This document shows positions 11,293 through 23,973 of a DNA stretch of 64,000 nt, one piece after another. The notes below the pieces were generated by a model. It made no database searches and was not told the DNA's origin. It saw only the letters and a program-made list of their open reading frames with translations. Position 1 is the first letter of the stretch. The number at the start of each line of letters is the position of its first letter. The DNA lies in NCBI GenBank assembly GCA_001600815.1, contig BCKZ01000021.1:1-64000 (forward strand), read 5' to 3'. This DNA comes from Alloascoidea hylecoeti. Lineage: Eukaryota. The position numbers were made by a program, and so were the translations under genes.

Positions 11293-11438
11293 TGCGTGTA
11301 GAAGGCCTGTATATTATTATTCTTTATTAGAAGGTATGTATAAACCCTTATTGTTACAAAGAAAGGTCCCCTGTATGTACGGGTGTATGGTATGTTCTAT
11401 TGAAAAATGATTGGATATTCTATATTTCATACATCAAC

Positions 11439-13070
11439 ATGTTATTCTCCTCTTTGGCAAATGGGCTTTCACGGTCTATCTTAGGAACCCCAGTCTCTTC
11501 GCATCATTATTCGATTATTCATCCTAGAGTTCAAACTGTGATGAAACAGCTGGATCGAATTGCCCCTAGATTCTCTCTAAATGAAGGAAAAATAAGAATT
11601 ATTCAAGAACCTGCAGACTTTTATGATAACCTAACAACAAGAATTAGTCAAGCTGAAACCCGTATCTTCTTATCATCCCTATATATTGGAAAAGGTCAGG
11701 ATAACCTGGTAAGCTAGTTCTATTAAGAATTTTTAAGAGAGTTGTATACTAAATAAAGATTTGTAGGTCAATTGTCTTCGAGATGCGCTTAACAAAAAGC
11801 CAAATCTGAAACTTTTCATTTTGACTGATGCTTTACGAGGTACACGAGAAGCCCCGGGAAAATGTTCTGCTTCAGTATTAGCTTCTTTGACCAAAGAATT
11901 TGGAAACAGAGTTGATATTAGGATGTACCATACTCCTAATTTATCAGGCATTGAAAAGGTCATTCTTCCGAAAAGAATAAATGAAGGTTGGGGTTTACAA
12001 CATATGAAACTTTATGGATTTGATAACCGTATCATTCTTTCAGGTGCAAATTTATCAGCGGATTATTTCACCAATAGACAAGATAGGTATTATGAATTTG
12101 ATTCTGAAGAAATTACAAATTATTATTTCAACATACATAGAGCTATTTCTTCTCTTAGTTATAAATTACAGCCATCATCAATGAAACAGAAATTTAGATT
12201 AACCTGGCCTCATACAAATAACGCCTCTGAACCCCATCTCAATCAAGAACGGTTTCTATCCGATTCTTTTAGTACCCTGGAGCCCTTGATTAAACCTCCA
12301 ACATTGACCGAAGAGATTAAAAGTGTTGATGAAGACGACACTACTGCAACATTTGTATACCCCATTTCTCAATTCACCCCCTTACTTAAGCCTGATATTT
12401 CGACTGAGAAGCCAGCAATTCTCCGCATTCTGTCATTGCTTGACTCTAAAGATACGAGATGGTACTTCACTGCTGGATACTTCAATATTTATCCTCAATA
12501 CAAAGAGAAGTTACTTAAATCACAATCATCCGGACATGTGATAGCGGCTGCTCCTGAAGTATGTTATGTAATTTTACTATCTCTTCATATCTTTATATTA
12601 AATTCTAATACTTTTTTCTTTAGGCAAACGGCTTCTATAAATCGCATGGAATCTCGAAATATCTCCCACCAGCATATACGTATTTAGCAAAGGCATTCTT
12701 ACTTGATATACAAAAATACAAACGAACTGAAAACATAGGATTGTACGAATGGCAAAAGGGGATAGTAAATACACTAGGTGGTTGGTCATATCATGCCAAA
12801 GGAATTTGGATATGTAATCCAAATGAAAATAAGCCATGCTTAACAGTAATAGGATCTTCAAACTATACAAGAAGAGCATATTCTTTAGATTTGGAAACGA
12901 ATGCAGTGATCGTTACAAGAGACGAACAATTGAAGAATGCGATGAGATCAGAGGTTGATAATATTTTGAAAAATACCAAACAGATGGCAGTTGAAGATTA
13001 TGAAAAAGAGGATAGAAAGGTTTCATTGGGGGTTCAATTAGCTACTAAGATTGTGGGTGAAAAACTCTAG
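11439..13070 (+). CDS. PGS1: Phosphatidylglycerophosphate synthase (PLD family), 2 introns
   Basis: RIFLSSLYIG, DALRGTRE, GWGLQHMKLYGFD, SGANLSADYFTNRQDRY, WSYHAKGIW, IGSSNYTRRAYSLDLE. Confidence 0.95.
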
Positions 13071-13280
13071 TTATAAATTGTAAATATAAGTGTTTTTCTA
13101 CTACTGTGTTTTTGTTTGAGAGCATGAAGCGGTTATAATTAGTAATAAATATCAAGAGATTTCATAATAATTTTGCTACTTTTAATCGTAACCCGGATTG
13201 AAACAAAGTTTTAAGCCAATTAACAATTAACAATACATTAATGGGAATATATATATTAACGGATTGTATAATAAATTTAA

Positions 13281-14229
13281 ATGTTATATACTTTGTTGAA
13301 AATACCTTATGTTGTTCTGAAGGTATATATAATATTCATTTTTATATCCATTTCCGCTTTGAATAATATATTAATTTAAATACAGACAACGGCCATTCTA
13401 ACCCAAATCCAATTGAATAGAAAGAGACGTTCGGTCTATGGCCTTTCTCTAGATTCTATACTTTGGTCTGTAAGTATTCCATTAGTCTTTAGGTTTGTAT
13501 CACCGGAATGTTTTTAACAACTATAAGATCGTTGGATACTCATCTTCCATCATAGAAACCTCAGCCTATAAGGTACACGCCATAAATATGCAATACAAAA
13601 AAAGATACCCTCTTTACCCTAAACCTCCAACGTTAATATGTGAATTGGTTGTGGATATTTTCATGACGATCTCTTATTCATGCTTAGCATACCAATGCTT
13701 CTACCAGTTTAAAAGAACACACAATATTTTCCAAGGCATATCATGGGTTGCTTTAAGCCTTTTGGGAGGGCTGTGGGTTATAGACTTAATACTGTTCTAT
13801 GGAGGGATATATCATCTTCCGGAAAGTGATCTCGGGTACTACGGAATCAAACTGTTAGATTGTGTCGAATGGGTCGCAACAATAGGATATTTTGGCCAAG
13901 CAGTACGATTATTCCCACAAGTGAGTATTTAGCTATAATCACCTCTTTCATACATGCTAATTATAAGTCTTAGATCTGTTTAAACTGGGGAGGAAAATGC
14001 ACAATTGGAATGAGTGGCAGTTGGCCTTGTTTGGAATTAACGGCGTCTCTGTTCTATATCCCATATTTATACTCAGTGTTCAAGACAAAAGCAGATAATC
14101 AGGTTGGTATTATTTTCTTCGTGACAATGTGACAATGTAACAATGGGTACTAATGACTTTTAGTGGTATATTTCCTATATTTTCATAGTCTTGGTAAGTT
14201 CAATTACAACTATGATATTCACGAGATGA
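13281..14229 (+). CDS. PQ-loop/cystinosin-like membrane protein, YCL002C homologue, about 4 introns
   Basis: Spliced N-terminus AILTQIQLNRKRRSVYGLSLD and QYKKRYPLYP resemble YCL002C; second PQ motif RLFPQ; next to RER1 as in S. cerevisiae; 3' end approximate. Confidence 0.7.
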
Positions 14230-14415
14230 TGAGTTCGTCTAACTATTCCCCCCACAGATTTCCATGGTTTGTAACACGACCCTAATCGTCCAGCATCTTT
14301 ATATTTATCGAGGCCGTAAAGCTCTTTTGTCGAAGAAATACAAATACGACACCATTCACCCAGACACCTGATAATCACAACCCTAGCATCTGTTGTCTCG
14401 ACGTCCCGTTAAACA

Positions 14416-15003
14416 ATGGACACCGTTTCAAATATAACCATGGATCTATCGGCTACACCTCTCAATGGCATAACAATATATGTCAGACAAGCAACGACTC
14501 TTTATCGGTATTATCTAGATAAGGCTACTCCTTATACCTTCTCTAGATGGGGTGGATTTGCCGTTCTTATCACCATCTTTTTTCTGCGCATTATAGTTTC
14601 TCAAAGATGGTTCATTGTTTGTTACACTCTGGCAATTTACTTGCTTAATATGTTTCTCGCATTCCTGCAGCCTAGATTTGACCCATCACTAGAACAAGAC
14701 TTACTTGATCAAAATATTGAAGAGGGTTCTTCTTTGCCAACAGAAAACGATGAGGAATTCAGACCCTTCATACGCAGACTGCCCGAGTTCAAGTTTTGGT
14801 TCAACGCTACTCGCGCCACTTTAATTGCTTTGCTATGTTCTTTTTTCTCAGTATTGGACATTCCCGCTTTTTGGCCAATTCTTTTGGTGTATTTCATTAT
14901 TTTGTTCTCCCTCACAATGAGAAAACAAATTCAGCACATGATAAAATATCGTTATATTCCATTCAATTTGGGTAAAGCGAAATATGGAAAAAGACTTAAT
15001 TAA
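14416..15003 (+). CDS. RER1: ER retrieval receptor Rer1
   Basis: YLLNMFLAFLQPRFDPSLEQD, EEFRPFIRRLPEFKFW, QIQHMIKYRYIPF. Confidence 0.97.
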   Translation: MDTVSNITMDLSATPLNGITIYVRQATTLYRYYLDKATPYTFSRWGGFAVLITIFFLRIIVSQRWFIVCYTLAIYLLNMFLAFLQPRFDPSLEQDLLDQNIEEGSSLPTENDEEFRPFIRRLPEFKFWFNATRATLIALLCSFFSVLDIPAFWPILLVYFIILFSLTMRKQIQHMIKYRYIPFNLGKAKYGKRLN

Positions 15004-15442
15004 TACTCAATCAAAAGTTGTTATGAATGATATCGGAGGTTACATTACTTGTGATAACTAAATATTAAAAGATTATACTATAGCTACAGTTAGATGGAAA
15101 CAGAGGATGTGAAATGGGCTACGTACACAGTTACAATTAATTAGGTTCAATACTAAATATATATATATATTTTTTATTGATTATAGAACTGCTAATTGCA
15201 AGAAATATATGTAGTAATAATAACGAAAAGACGGAAGAACAGGGGAATAATTCACTTAGTTCCAGATGGATAGATTAATCGATTATTTTCGAATTAATAC
15301 AGTCACATCTACCTAATAATAATAATAGCTCACAATCCTTTAAGTGTGGGGATAAGCGAATAAAATGAAGTTAAATAAAAATGCTAATACAAGAATGATA
15401 AATATGCTGTAGCTGTAAATAAAATGATCGAGAATAATCCCT

Positions 15443-15981
15443 TTAATTGAAAAACACAGCTTTGGGATCCAAAGGTCTTCCATCCGGGCCTAGTATATGT
15501 AAGTTAATTTCTAATATAGCTCTTTTATCTACTTTCGGAAATTATACTCACCGATTCCATTTTCTTTCATCTTATTCTTAGTGTAAAAAAGACGAGCATC
15601 GTCAAATGACATTCCTTTGTTTCCAGCCATTATTTTCAAAATATCTGACTTCGCATTTTCATCCAATCCCTTGCGAGTATCATTTTCATCCAGATTATTC
15701 AATACAATGTTGAAATTATCAGAGGTTAGACCATCTTCTATATCATGAGCAAAGCTAGGAACGGGAATAAAGGAGTGTCGTTCTAGATTATATGGCGTTA
15801 GATATATGATATAAATGTAGTTAAATTCTTCTTACTTACTTTTCCCATAATTTATCGCAAATGCAATCAAAGATAAGACCAAGGCAATACCGAAATAAAA
15901 GTAGATGTTGGAGTTATTCCTATCAACATTTTCATCACCGGGAAATTCAACCGGGATTTCTACAGAGTGAATGTCATTCAT
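15443..15981 (-). CDS. UPF0357/DUF2015 small membrane protein, YCL012C homologue, 2 introns (absent from ORF track)
   Basis: SFAHDIEDGLTSDNFNIV...GLDENAKSDILKIM...FDDARLFY...GIGPDGRPLDPKAVFFN*. Confidence 0.85.
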
Positions 15982-16423
15982 TGTTGTGGAGATTCTTCAA
16001 TGAGATTGTACACTAATAAAATGTTACTTATAAATTATAGTAGAGAAATGACCTGCAGCTGCTTATCAAGGCAATACATTGAGATTAGACAGGGTAACAC
16101 TAAAACCTGAGTTCATACGCATTTTCACTACGCCTACCAGCTAATTATTACATAATATGATATGTATAATGTATAAGTTATATAAACTAGTTATAATTAC
16201 TAAATAATGACACTCAAATCAAAACCTAGGTATATGAATATAATGATGTACTAAATGCTTCAAATGTGGATGCCAAACATGATTAAACCCAGTTTAAATT
16301 CAAAACAGGTGAAATAAAATAAACTGCAATTGCAAAATAATTGATAGTCAGAAACTAAAAGTAAAAAATCAAATAAAAATATTAATAAAATACATGTTAA
16401 GATGAACATTTAACACAAATAAC

Positions 16424-19400
16424 CTAAACATATTCTGCTTTATTTTCAGAATCCCCAAACGATAGGGTATTAGTTATAGTATTGATTAGATAGCCATATG
16501 AATCGAGATCGGATTCATAGTCCGAATTTTCTTTTTGTTTGGGCGTTGTTTCTGTGTCTGTGAGATCCTGCTCTGGTTCTTTTTCTAAGACCTCTTCGTC
16601 TGTAGAGTCATCGTACTCAAGAATCTTGCCATATTTCCTTCTGGTACCTTTAGTACCTTGAAATTTGAAAGGTTTTGCTACTTCATCAAGCCTGCTTGGT
16701 GAATACCACTCAAGTAGATTTTTAGAGTCATTATTATTAGAATATTTATCTGGGCTATCTGCTGGTAGAATGCTGGACGAATAGTCTGTAACCCAATCGG
16801 AACTTGCATTTGACGAGCTTTTAACCATACCATAGGTTTCATCATATTCATTATCCGCATCAGTGTATAATGAAGTTCTTTCATAATTATTATTCATAAC
16901 AATTGAATCCATATTATTCGTATTATAACGATTGTTAGACACGGTGGGGAAGGAGGCTTCGTCTAATTGCAACCTCAGTTGAATTCTTGGCGATTCAACA
17001 TCTGCATAATCAACCGATAAAGAAGACAATGAACTAGATATAGAAGCTGAACCACCTTGAATATAGGTGTCATTACCATTTTCAGTTCTAACTACTGTTC
17101 GTTCAACATCGTCATCATCATAAGCTGATACATTTGGTGTTTCGAATACACCGCTCTCTATATCTCGTTCCATTTGGAGTCTGGATTCAAAATCGCTGTC
17201 GCTATCACTAGAGCTTAATATTTCAACATTGCTGCGTACCTCATCATCGTCATAACATATTGCTTTCTGTTGCTCATCCTCTGGTTCCTGCTCAAAATAT
17301 GGCATATCATCACATGATAATCTTGCAGTTAATGGAATATCTGTATCGCCATACGGCCTTGCATTTCTATGGACATCAACTGATAATCGGGTCTCACTTT
17401 TGATCGACATTGTTCTGTCATATGTGTTCGATGGAATAAGCGCATTCGGGTTAAAACCTGTACCCAATGAAGATCTTCTGTATGGCATTGAAGAAGGTTC
17501 AGGTGCCGAAACAAAGCGCCTACCAGTGTTTGGGGCAATTAACATTGAAGCGGTCCTGCTTTCCATTCCGTCGTTGTTCAATCTGCTAACCGAAAACGAG
17601 TCACGAGGGCTAGGATCCCTTGTACCACATATCTCATTTCTTTTTGAAAAATTCAAATCAGGCGTAGTAGCTTCGGTCACAAAGCTTTGTGTAGAAGAAG
17701 CACTGGCGTCACTAAAATGAGAAGACCCGCTCACGGGTATGGTATCAGGCGCAACTAAAGTGTCATCATTATTTTCTGAGGTTAATTTGACACTTGAATT
17801 CTTAGAAGAGAGCTCAGAAGGAGCACTAGTAACCCTTGTTTTCTTCTTCGGTTTCAACCTTAAGGAACTTGAAGAAGAAGCTATCAATTTTCTTTTGTGA
17901 TCTTCGTCCTCCATGTGCTTCTTAGTAAGTGAGAGAGAACGACTAAGAAATGATTTCACTCTGTACAACAAAGGTACAGAAGATTTTCGGTTTTCTCTAG
18001 GTGCAAAAGATTGTGTATGTCGTATAGGAGGTGGCATTGACACCGATGCTTCAATCGGTGAAAGTGAAGATTGAATACTTGATCTCTCCCCCGGAGTAGG
18101 AGACAAGATAGATGAAACTCCCGAGAACCTTATGCTAAGATCCATTGATTCAGATGGATACCTTACAGACATAGTCCTCAAGTTGATCTTTTTTCTGGAT
18201 TCTTGCATTAATTTAGTTTGAAACTGGTGGTCTAACTTCTCAATATAGGTAAGCATTTCTGTTACTAATAGTTGATTTCCTTTTATAATATCACCCACAA
18301 TCTTTGAATTTTCTGGAGATAAAAATAATCCATAAGCCTTTGAAATTTCCTTTACCAAAATCGAAGCAAATTCACTTTTCAAAGCAATTTCACGGAAAAT
18401 AGTGCCTGCTTTTGTTAAGCCTAAAATCTTTACCTTCTCTTCCTCCTCATCTTTATTATTGATTTTATTTGAGACAGTTGAGCGCTTATCAGTAGTAAAT
18501 GAAACTGAATAGCAAGCGAACAATTCATTTTCATCTAAGAAACTCATATCAATATCTACATTAAGGAGTAATGCAAAAGGGCATTTTCTTTCTTCCTTCA
18601 AGTATACATCATACTCATGAGCCGTAGAATATAATTTCACTTCTTCTTCCTCTTCTTCTTTACCATAAGAGTCCTCATCATCTAGTTGCCCAGTCATTTG
18701 AAATAAATGCAAGGGTTCAGTTTTACTTAAAACTTTTGCTTTTGTGATTAACTCTACAAATTTTCTGGTATCATTATATTTATTGACATTTCTAAATTTG
18801 TACAAACGTAGATGCTCTTTACATCCTCCATCTGATTGAATTCCTTGATCTTTAACGAATAATTGTAAGCATGTGCCATTGTTGTACGAAGCCGCAAAAA
18901 CGTCCTTAATTGAGGCCCAAGCATCTACTTGCAAAGACGGTAAATTTTTCAACGGTTTTTCAGACGTTAACGAATGCATTAAAATGTCAGCGATAGATGG
19001 CTTATGAATCGTTGGCGTATAATTATCATCGACTTTTAGGATTAATATGTGATCACTGAATAAAATGAGAACGTCAAGCGTTGGAGAGACTTTTGATGAT
19101 ACTGGCGAGGAGTTGGTAGCAGATAAAAGGGAATATTTCAAGTTAACAGCATCCACTATTGTTACTACACGTCTAGAAACCCACCCATATTGTAATTCTT
19201 CGGGCCAACCAGTTGCCAATTCAGTCAATATTTTTCCCGTGGGTGTGACTACGCGCCTGTGATATGGTTTCAGGGATGCCTGTGCAAAATCGTCTATCGT
19301 ACCCACCGCCGATTTATAATAAGAATTCACTAACTCAATTTCATCTTCTAGCCATTCTTTCTGTTTCATTAGTCTATCGATTACCAACTTTAGCCTTGCT

Positions 19401-20521
19401 AAATTTAATGAGCTATGTATTATTGTTTCAATGTGGGCTGGGCTATAATAAGATACTGTGTTTGAGTCATCTGTTAAGTAAGGCAATAGCATATCGTATA
19501 TTTCATTCAATTTAATGGTGAAATTTTTTGTGGCAGCTTCATGTCTCATATATGCTTTGTAAAAATAAGGAATTGTAGAGCCACATGCTTTTATTACCTC
19601 GAATGCATCACGCTTATTTGCAGATTGTAAGGATTCCAAGAAGATGCAATTAATCCTAGTGACTTCATCAATTGTTGGAGGGAAAACAGAGTTTAGTCTT
19701 GAAAGAGAAATGAACGGTATTTCATTATTCATAGCACGAGCTCTTAATGGGACGACAAAGTCCTGTAAAAAAGCCACTAAACTATGCGTGAAGTTAGTTT
19801 GAATATCTAGCAGTTCATTGCATATGGGCTTAACAACTTCGGTGTCCTCTTCATATCCATTCAAAGAAGATGAATCTGATGAGGTCGATGGAGGGTGGTA
19901 TATTTTTTCAGTTGGTTCTGGAGAGTATTCAGTTAGAGGGTCGAAAAGTTGTTCTAATTGTTGACCCATAAGATACACAAGGGCGTTATTCTGTTTAATC
20001 ACAGCAGGGTCGTTCTTATAGATAACATCCAACAGCAATGAGTTTGCAAACTTCTCTGAGAAGAAGCCAAATTGAGAGCAGATATTGCATACAACCTTTG
20101 AAATATTGGGAACCTGAGATTTTCTGAGAGTAGCGGCGAATTCTCCGGCCCAAGTTTCATCAAATGTAGGAGGGTGACCAGTACTAGTTCGTGTTATGGA
20201 CTGCTCGAGAAGGGAAGATCTAAGGGAAGAGTTCATGGTTGCATAGCATCTCAGGATGGCGATGGCAAGGGCCCGCCGTTCACAGTCCATCTCCATGTCC
20301 GGAGGAAGGTTTCGGACAGCAGGGAAATACCTAGATCTCTCCGTTAAGGTCATGTTGCGAAAATGGGATGCCCCATGGTAGGACACCAGGCACACGCTGG
20401 CTGTGGAGGCCTGGGAATCTGTGTCATATAGCAGCACACATAGGTTTCCAAGAACGGGGTCGGAGCCGGAGTATACAGCACCGTTCTGCTCTAGAGATTC
20501 AGGCACAGTTGGAGAACTCAT
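16424..20521 (-). CDS. BUD3: Bud site selection protein Bud3 (DH/PH Cdc42 GEF with long disordered tail)
   Basis: GQQLEQLFDPLTEYSPEPTEKIY, FPPTIDEVTRINCIF, TPTGKILTELATGWPEELQYGW; divergently transcribed from NFS1. Confidence 0.93.
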   Translation of the reverse strand: MSSPTVPESLEQNGAVYSGSDPVLGNLCVLLYDTDSQASTASVCLVSYHGASHFRNMTLTERSRYFPAVRNLPPDMEMDCERRALAIAILRCYATMNSSLRSSLLEQSITRTSTGHPPTFDETWAGEFAATLRKSQVPNISKVVCNICSQFGFFSEKFANSLLLDVIYKNDPAVIKQNNALVYLMGQQLEQLFDPLTEYSPEPTEKIYHPPSTSSDSSSLNGYEEDTEVVKPICNELLDIQTNFTHSLVAFLQDFVVPLRARAMNNEIPFISLSRLNSVFPPTIDEVTRINCIFLESLQSANKRDAFEVIKACGSTIPYFYKAYMRHEAATKNFTIKLNEIYDMLLPYLTDDSNTVSYYSPAHIETIIHSSLNLARLKLVIDRLMKQKEWLEDEIELVNSYYKSAVGTIDDFAQASLKPYHRRVVTPTGKILTELATGWPEELQYGWVSRRVVTIVDAVNLKYSLLSATNSSPVSSKVSPTLDVLILFSDHILILKVDDNYTPTIHKPSIADILMHSLTSEKPLKNLPSLQVDAWASIKDVFAASYNNGTCLQLFVKDQGIQSDGGCKEHLRLYKFRNVNKYNDTRKFVELITKAKVLSKTEPLHLFQMTGQLDDEDSYGKEEEEEEVKLYSTAHEYDVYLKEERKCPFALLLNVDIDMSFLDENELFACYSVSFTTDKRSTVSNKINNKDEEEEKVKILGLTKAGTIFREIALKSEFASILVKEISKAYGLFLSPENSKIVGDIIKGNQLLVTEMLTYIEKLDHQFQTKLMQESRKKINLRTMSVRYPSESMDLSIRFSGVSSILSPTPGERSSIQSSLSPIEASVSMPPPIRHTQSFAPRENRKSSVPLLYRVKSFLSRSLSLTKKHMEDEDHKRKLIASSSSSLRLKPKKKTRVTSAPSELSSKNSSVKLTSENNDDTLVAPDTIPVSGSSHFSDASASSTQSFVTEATTPDLNFSKRNEICGTRDPSPRDSFSVSRLNNDGMESRTASMLIAPNTGRRFVSAPEPSSMPYRRSSLGTGFNPNALIPSNTYDRTMSIKSETRLSVDVHRNARPYGDTDIPLTARLSCDDMPYFEQEPEDEQQKAICYDDDEVRSNVEILSSSDSDSDFESRLQMERDIESGVFETPNVSAYDDDDVERTVVRTENGNDTYIQGGSASISSSLSSLSVDYADVESPRIQLRLQLDEASFPTVSNNRYNTNNMDSIVMNNNYERTSLYTDADNEYDETYGMVKSSSNASSDWVTDYSSSILPADSPDKYSNNNDSKNLLEWYSPSRLDEVAKPFKFQGTKGTRRKYGKILEYDDSTDEEVLEKEPEQDLTDTETTPKQKENSDYESDLDSYGYLINTITNTLSFGDSENKAEYV

Positions 20522-20721
20522 CACCAACTTTTGGAGGTTTAAAATTGTAGATATTACAACACCAAACGTTTGGAATGTAAACACTCTTCTGCGTACTATA
20601 CAGTCCGGGACACATTATACACACACCCATTCTCCGGCTCAGAAACCATTTAGTAAATCATATTCTACTGAAAGTAGCATTCTTTTACATTTTCCAACCA
20701 ATACTTTTTTCTGTGAAAAGA

Positions 20722-22353
20722 ATGATGAGACAATACATATCACTACAAAGGCTAGCATGCGCAAAGCCCCTTCAATGGTACCTGACCCGTTCATTGTCAA
20801 CGGTTCCTCACAGACAAGTGTTTGCTTCTCATAATCTATCTTCATCTGCTGTCGAACAGACGAAGGCAAAAAGTGAAAAATTGCTTGAAAAATTGTCAAA
20901 GGTTACTCCTCCCCCTGGCTCCTCTGTCTCACTGAACCAAGCGAAGCATCCCGGTCAAGGCTCAAGACCGATTTATTTGGATATGCAAGCTACCACTCCA
21001 ATGGACCCAAGGGTTTTGGACTATATTTTACAGTTTTATACTGGCCTTTACGGAAATCCACATTCAAGAACACATGCCTATGGTTGGGAAACTGATAAAG
21101 CAATAGAGGAAGCAAGAAGTCATGTTGCTTCTCTCATCAATGCTGACCCGAAGGAAATTATTTTTACATCCGGTGCAACTGAATCCAACAATCTATGTAT
21201 TAAAGGTGTTCCCCGTTTCTATAGCAAGACAAAGAAGCATGTTATAACAACACAAACCGAACACAAATGTGTACTGGATTCTGCCCGCCATTTACAGAAT
21301 GAGGGATTTGATGTCACCTATTTGCCGGTGAATAACAAAGGTTTAATTTCATTGGAGGAACTGGAGAAGGCAATTAGACCAGATACAGCCCTTGTCTCCG
21401 TTATGGCCGTTAACAACGAAATTGGCGTAATTCAACCCATTGAAGAAATTGGAAAGATCTGTCGTAAACACAAGATCTTTTTCCATACTGACTGTGCCCA
21501 GGCTTTTGGTAAAATACCTTTAGATGTCAATAAAATGAATATTGATTTGATGAGTATCTCTGGCCATAAAATTTATGGTCCAAAGGGTGTTGGTGCTTGC
21601 TATGTTAGAAGAAGACCGAGAGTCAGACTAGAACCAATCTTAAGTGGTGGTGGTCAGGAAAGAGGTCTAAGAAGTGGAACCGTACCGGCTCCTCTTGTTG
21701 CTGGTCTTGGCGAAGCTTGTAGAATAGCAAAAGAAGAAATGGAGGTGAGTTATTGTTATATTTTTCGATTTTGTGATGATGATTCATCTTGCTATGATTT
21801 AGATGTCATATTGGATCTCTCTAATCTCTTGAGTCCGTCATGATGACTATACTTTTGCAGGGGGCTGAACAATTATTTTTATGAATAACTACTTTTTTAT
21901 AATGTCAGATGAACTAACATTTTTTAATAGTATGACTCAAAACATATCAAGCGCCTATCTGACAAGCTACTGAATGGCCTTTTGTCGATGGAACATACAA
22001 TTAGGAATGGTGATCCAGAGCACTCATACCCAGGTTGTGTTAATGTTTCTTTTGCTTATGTTGAAGGGGAGTCATTAATCATGGCCTTGAATGATATTGC
22101 ATTAAGTTCTGGTTCTGCGTGCACTTCTGCTTCACTAGAACCATCATACGTTCTACATGCTTTAGGATCTGATGATGCTTTGGCGCACTCTAGTATTCGT
22201 TTTGGGATTGGTCGATTTACCACTGAAGAAGAAGTAGATTATGTTTTAGAAGCTATTAAACAGAGGGTTGACTTTTTGAGAGAATTATCACCACTTTGGG
22301 AAATGGTTCAAGAGGGAATCGATTTAAATTCAATTGAATGGTCGGGGCATTAA
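20722..22353 (+). CDS. NFS1: Cysteine desulfurase Nfs1; one intron at 21745-21930
   Basis: [45 protein letters not shown]...CTAAC...TAG intron joins EEME to YDSKH. Confidence 0.98.
21771..21872 (+). ncRNA. Intronic box C/D snoRNA, predicted U6 snRNA 2'-O-methylation guide
   Basis: Box C ATGATGA 21776-21782, C' ATGATGA 21840-21846, box D CTGA 21865-21868, terminal stem TTGT/ACAA, guide CTTTTGCAGGGG 21852-21863. Confidence 0.72.
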
Positions 22354-22814
22354 ATGATATATAATCAAACTATATATTTTATAATTGTTTTATGTCTTCT
22401 TTATTGTAATTATATACTGTTCATATAATATTTTATTAGCATCATTATCCTCTGCGCTCACAATGTCATGTACGTATATAAAGCTGTTTTCTGTAATTGT
22501 GTTCTAGGATATAAATGTGGCAAACAAATCTGCAATATATAACTTATAATTAAGACCAATGTTAAAAGGTAATTTCTGGAAAAATGGGTTGGTGCCTCTA
22601 TCAAATAAGGTGTCGTATAAGATGTATTCCCCATTCATTAGTACTCTCAGGTTTTATTAGAAATCTACCAAATCCTTTCTTAAAAGAAAATAATTGATAC
22701 TGAATCACTATCCAATCTTTATTGAAACACCATCATCCATGCTATTATAATCTAACTAATATTGTTCATTGCTATAGTTAAATAATTATATTCTATACAT
22801 TTATCTATTGGCCA

Positions 22815-23921
22815 TCATAAATCTATTTTTTTTTTAAAAATGTCCTTAACAGCAGAAGCAATAGCATCCCCAACCTCAATGGTTGAGCTCTTGCCACCTA
22901 AATCACCAGTTCTAATACCTTTAGAAATGGCTTGACTAACTGCTTTTTCAACAACGTCTGCTTCATCTTTAAGGTTCAAGGAAAGTCGTAACATCATAGC
23001 GACAGATAAAATAGTAGCAACTGGATTGACCTTATTCTTTTCCAAGTCTGGAGCAGAACCATGGCATGGTTCATATAGACCAAATGCTTCATTTGTATCT
23101 GGTAAAGAAGCCAAAGAAGCAGAAGGTAATAAACCCAATGAACCGGGTATAACACTAGCTTCATCTGAAATGATATCACCAAACATATTTGAAGTAATGA
23201 TGACACCATTTAATTTTGTTGGGTTTTGAACCAAAATCATAGCGGCTGAATCAATCAGTTGATGTTGAACAGTTAATTGTGGGAATTCCTTGTCAATTGT
23301 CTCCTGGACTGTTTTCCTCCATAATCTACTAGAAGCCAACACATTAGCCTTATCAAGACTCCATACTGGTAATGGAGGATTTGATTGTAAAGCAATGAAA
23401 GCAGCCATTCTTGTTATTCGTTGAACTTCAGGAACACTGTATGTTTCGGTATCAGAAGCAATACCGGATCCATCATCTTCTTTTCTCTCACCGAAATAAA
23501 TACCACCAACAAGTTCTCTAACAACAACAAAATTTGTACCTTTGACAACTTGTGGCTTTAAAGGTGACAAATCAAGTAAAGAATCATCGGCAAAATTGCA
23601 AGGTCTTAAGTTGGCATACAAGTTTAATTCCTTTCTGATTTTTAAAAGACCTTGTTCAGGTCGAACAGCACCAGTTCCCCACTTTGGTCCACCTACTGCA
23701 CCAAGTAAAACTGCATCTGATTTTTTACACTTTTCCAAAACATCATCAGGTAATGGAGAACCAGTAGCATCAATGGCAGCACCACCGATGAGACCTTCTA
23801 TTAATTGAAACTTAACATCACGTACTTCCTCGATAGCCTTTAAGACCTTAATAGCTTCAGAGACAATTTCAGTGCCAACATGGTCACCTGGTAGAACAAC
23901 AATTGATTTAGTTACAGTCAT
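22815..23921 (-). CDS. LEU2: 3-isopropylmalate dehydrogenase
   Basis: [61 protein letters not shown]. Confidence 0.98.
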   Translation of the reverse strand: MTVTKSIVVLPGDHVGTEIVSEAIKVLKAIEEVRDVKFQLIEGLIGGAAIDATGSPLPDDVLEKCKKSDAVLLGAVGGPKWGTGAVRPEQGLLKIRKELNLYANLRPCNFADDSLLDLSPLKPQVVKGTNFVVVRELVGGIYFGERKEDDGSGIASDTETYSVPEVQRITRMAAFIALQSNPPLPVWSLDKANVLASSRLWRKTVQETIDKEFPQLTVQHQLIDSAAMILVQNPTKLNGVIITSNMFGDIISDEASVIPGSLGLLPSASLASLPDTNEAFGLYEPCHGSAPDLEKNKVNPVATILSVAMMLRLSLNLKDEADVVEKAVSQAISKGIRTGDLGGKSSTIEVGDAIASAVKDIFKKKIDL

Positions 23922-23973
23922 GATATTTCAGTTGTGAAGGAAAATCGATGGTTTGCAGGTGGATCATAAGCAA

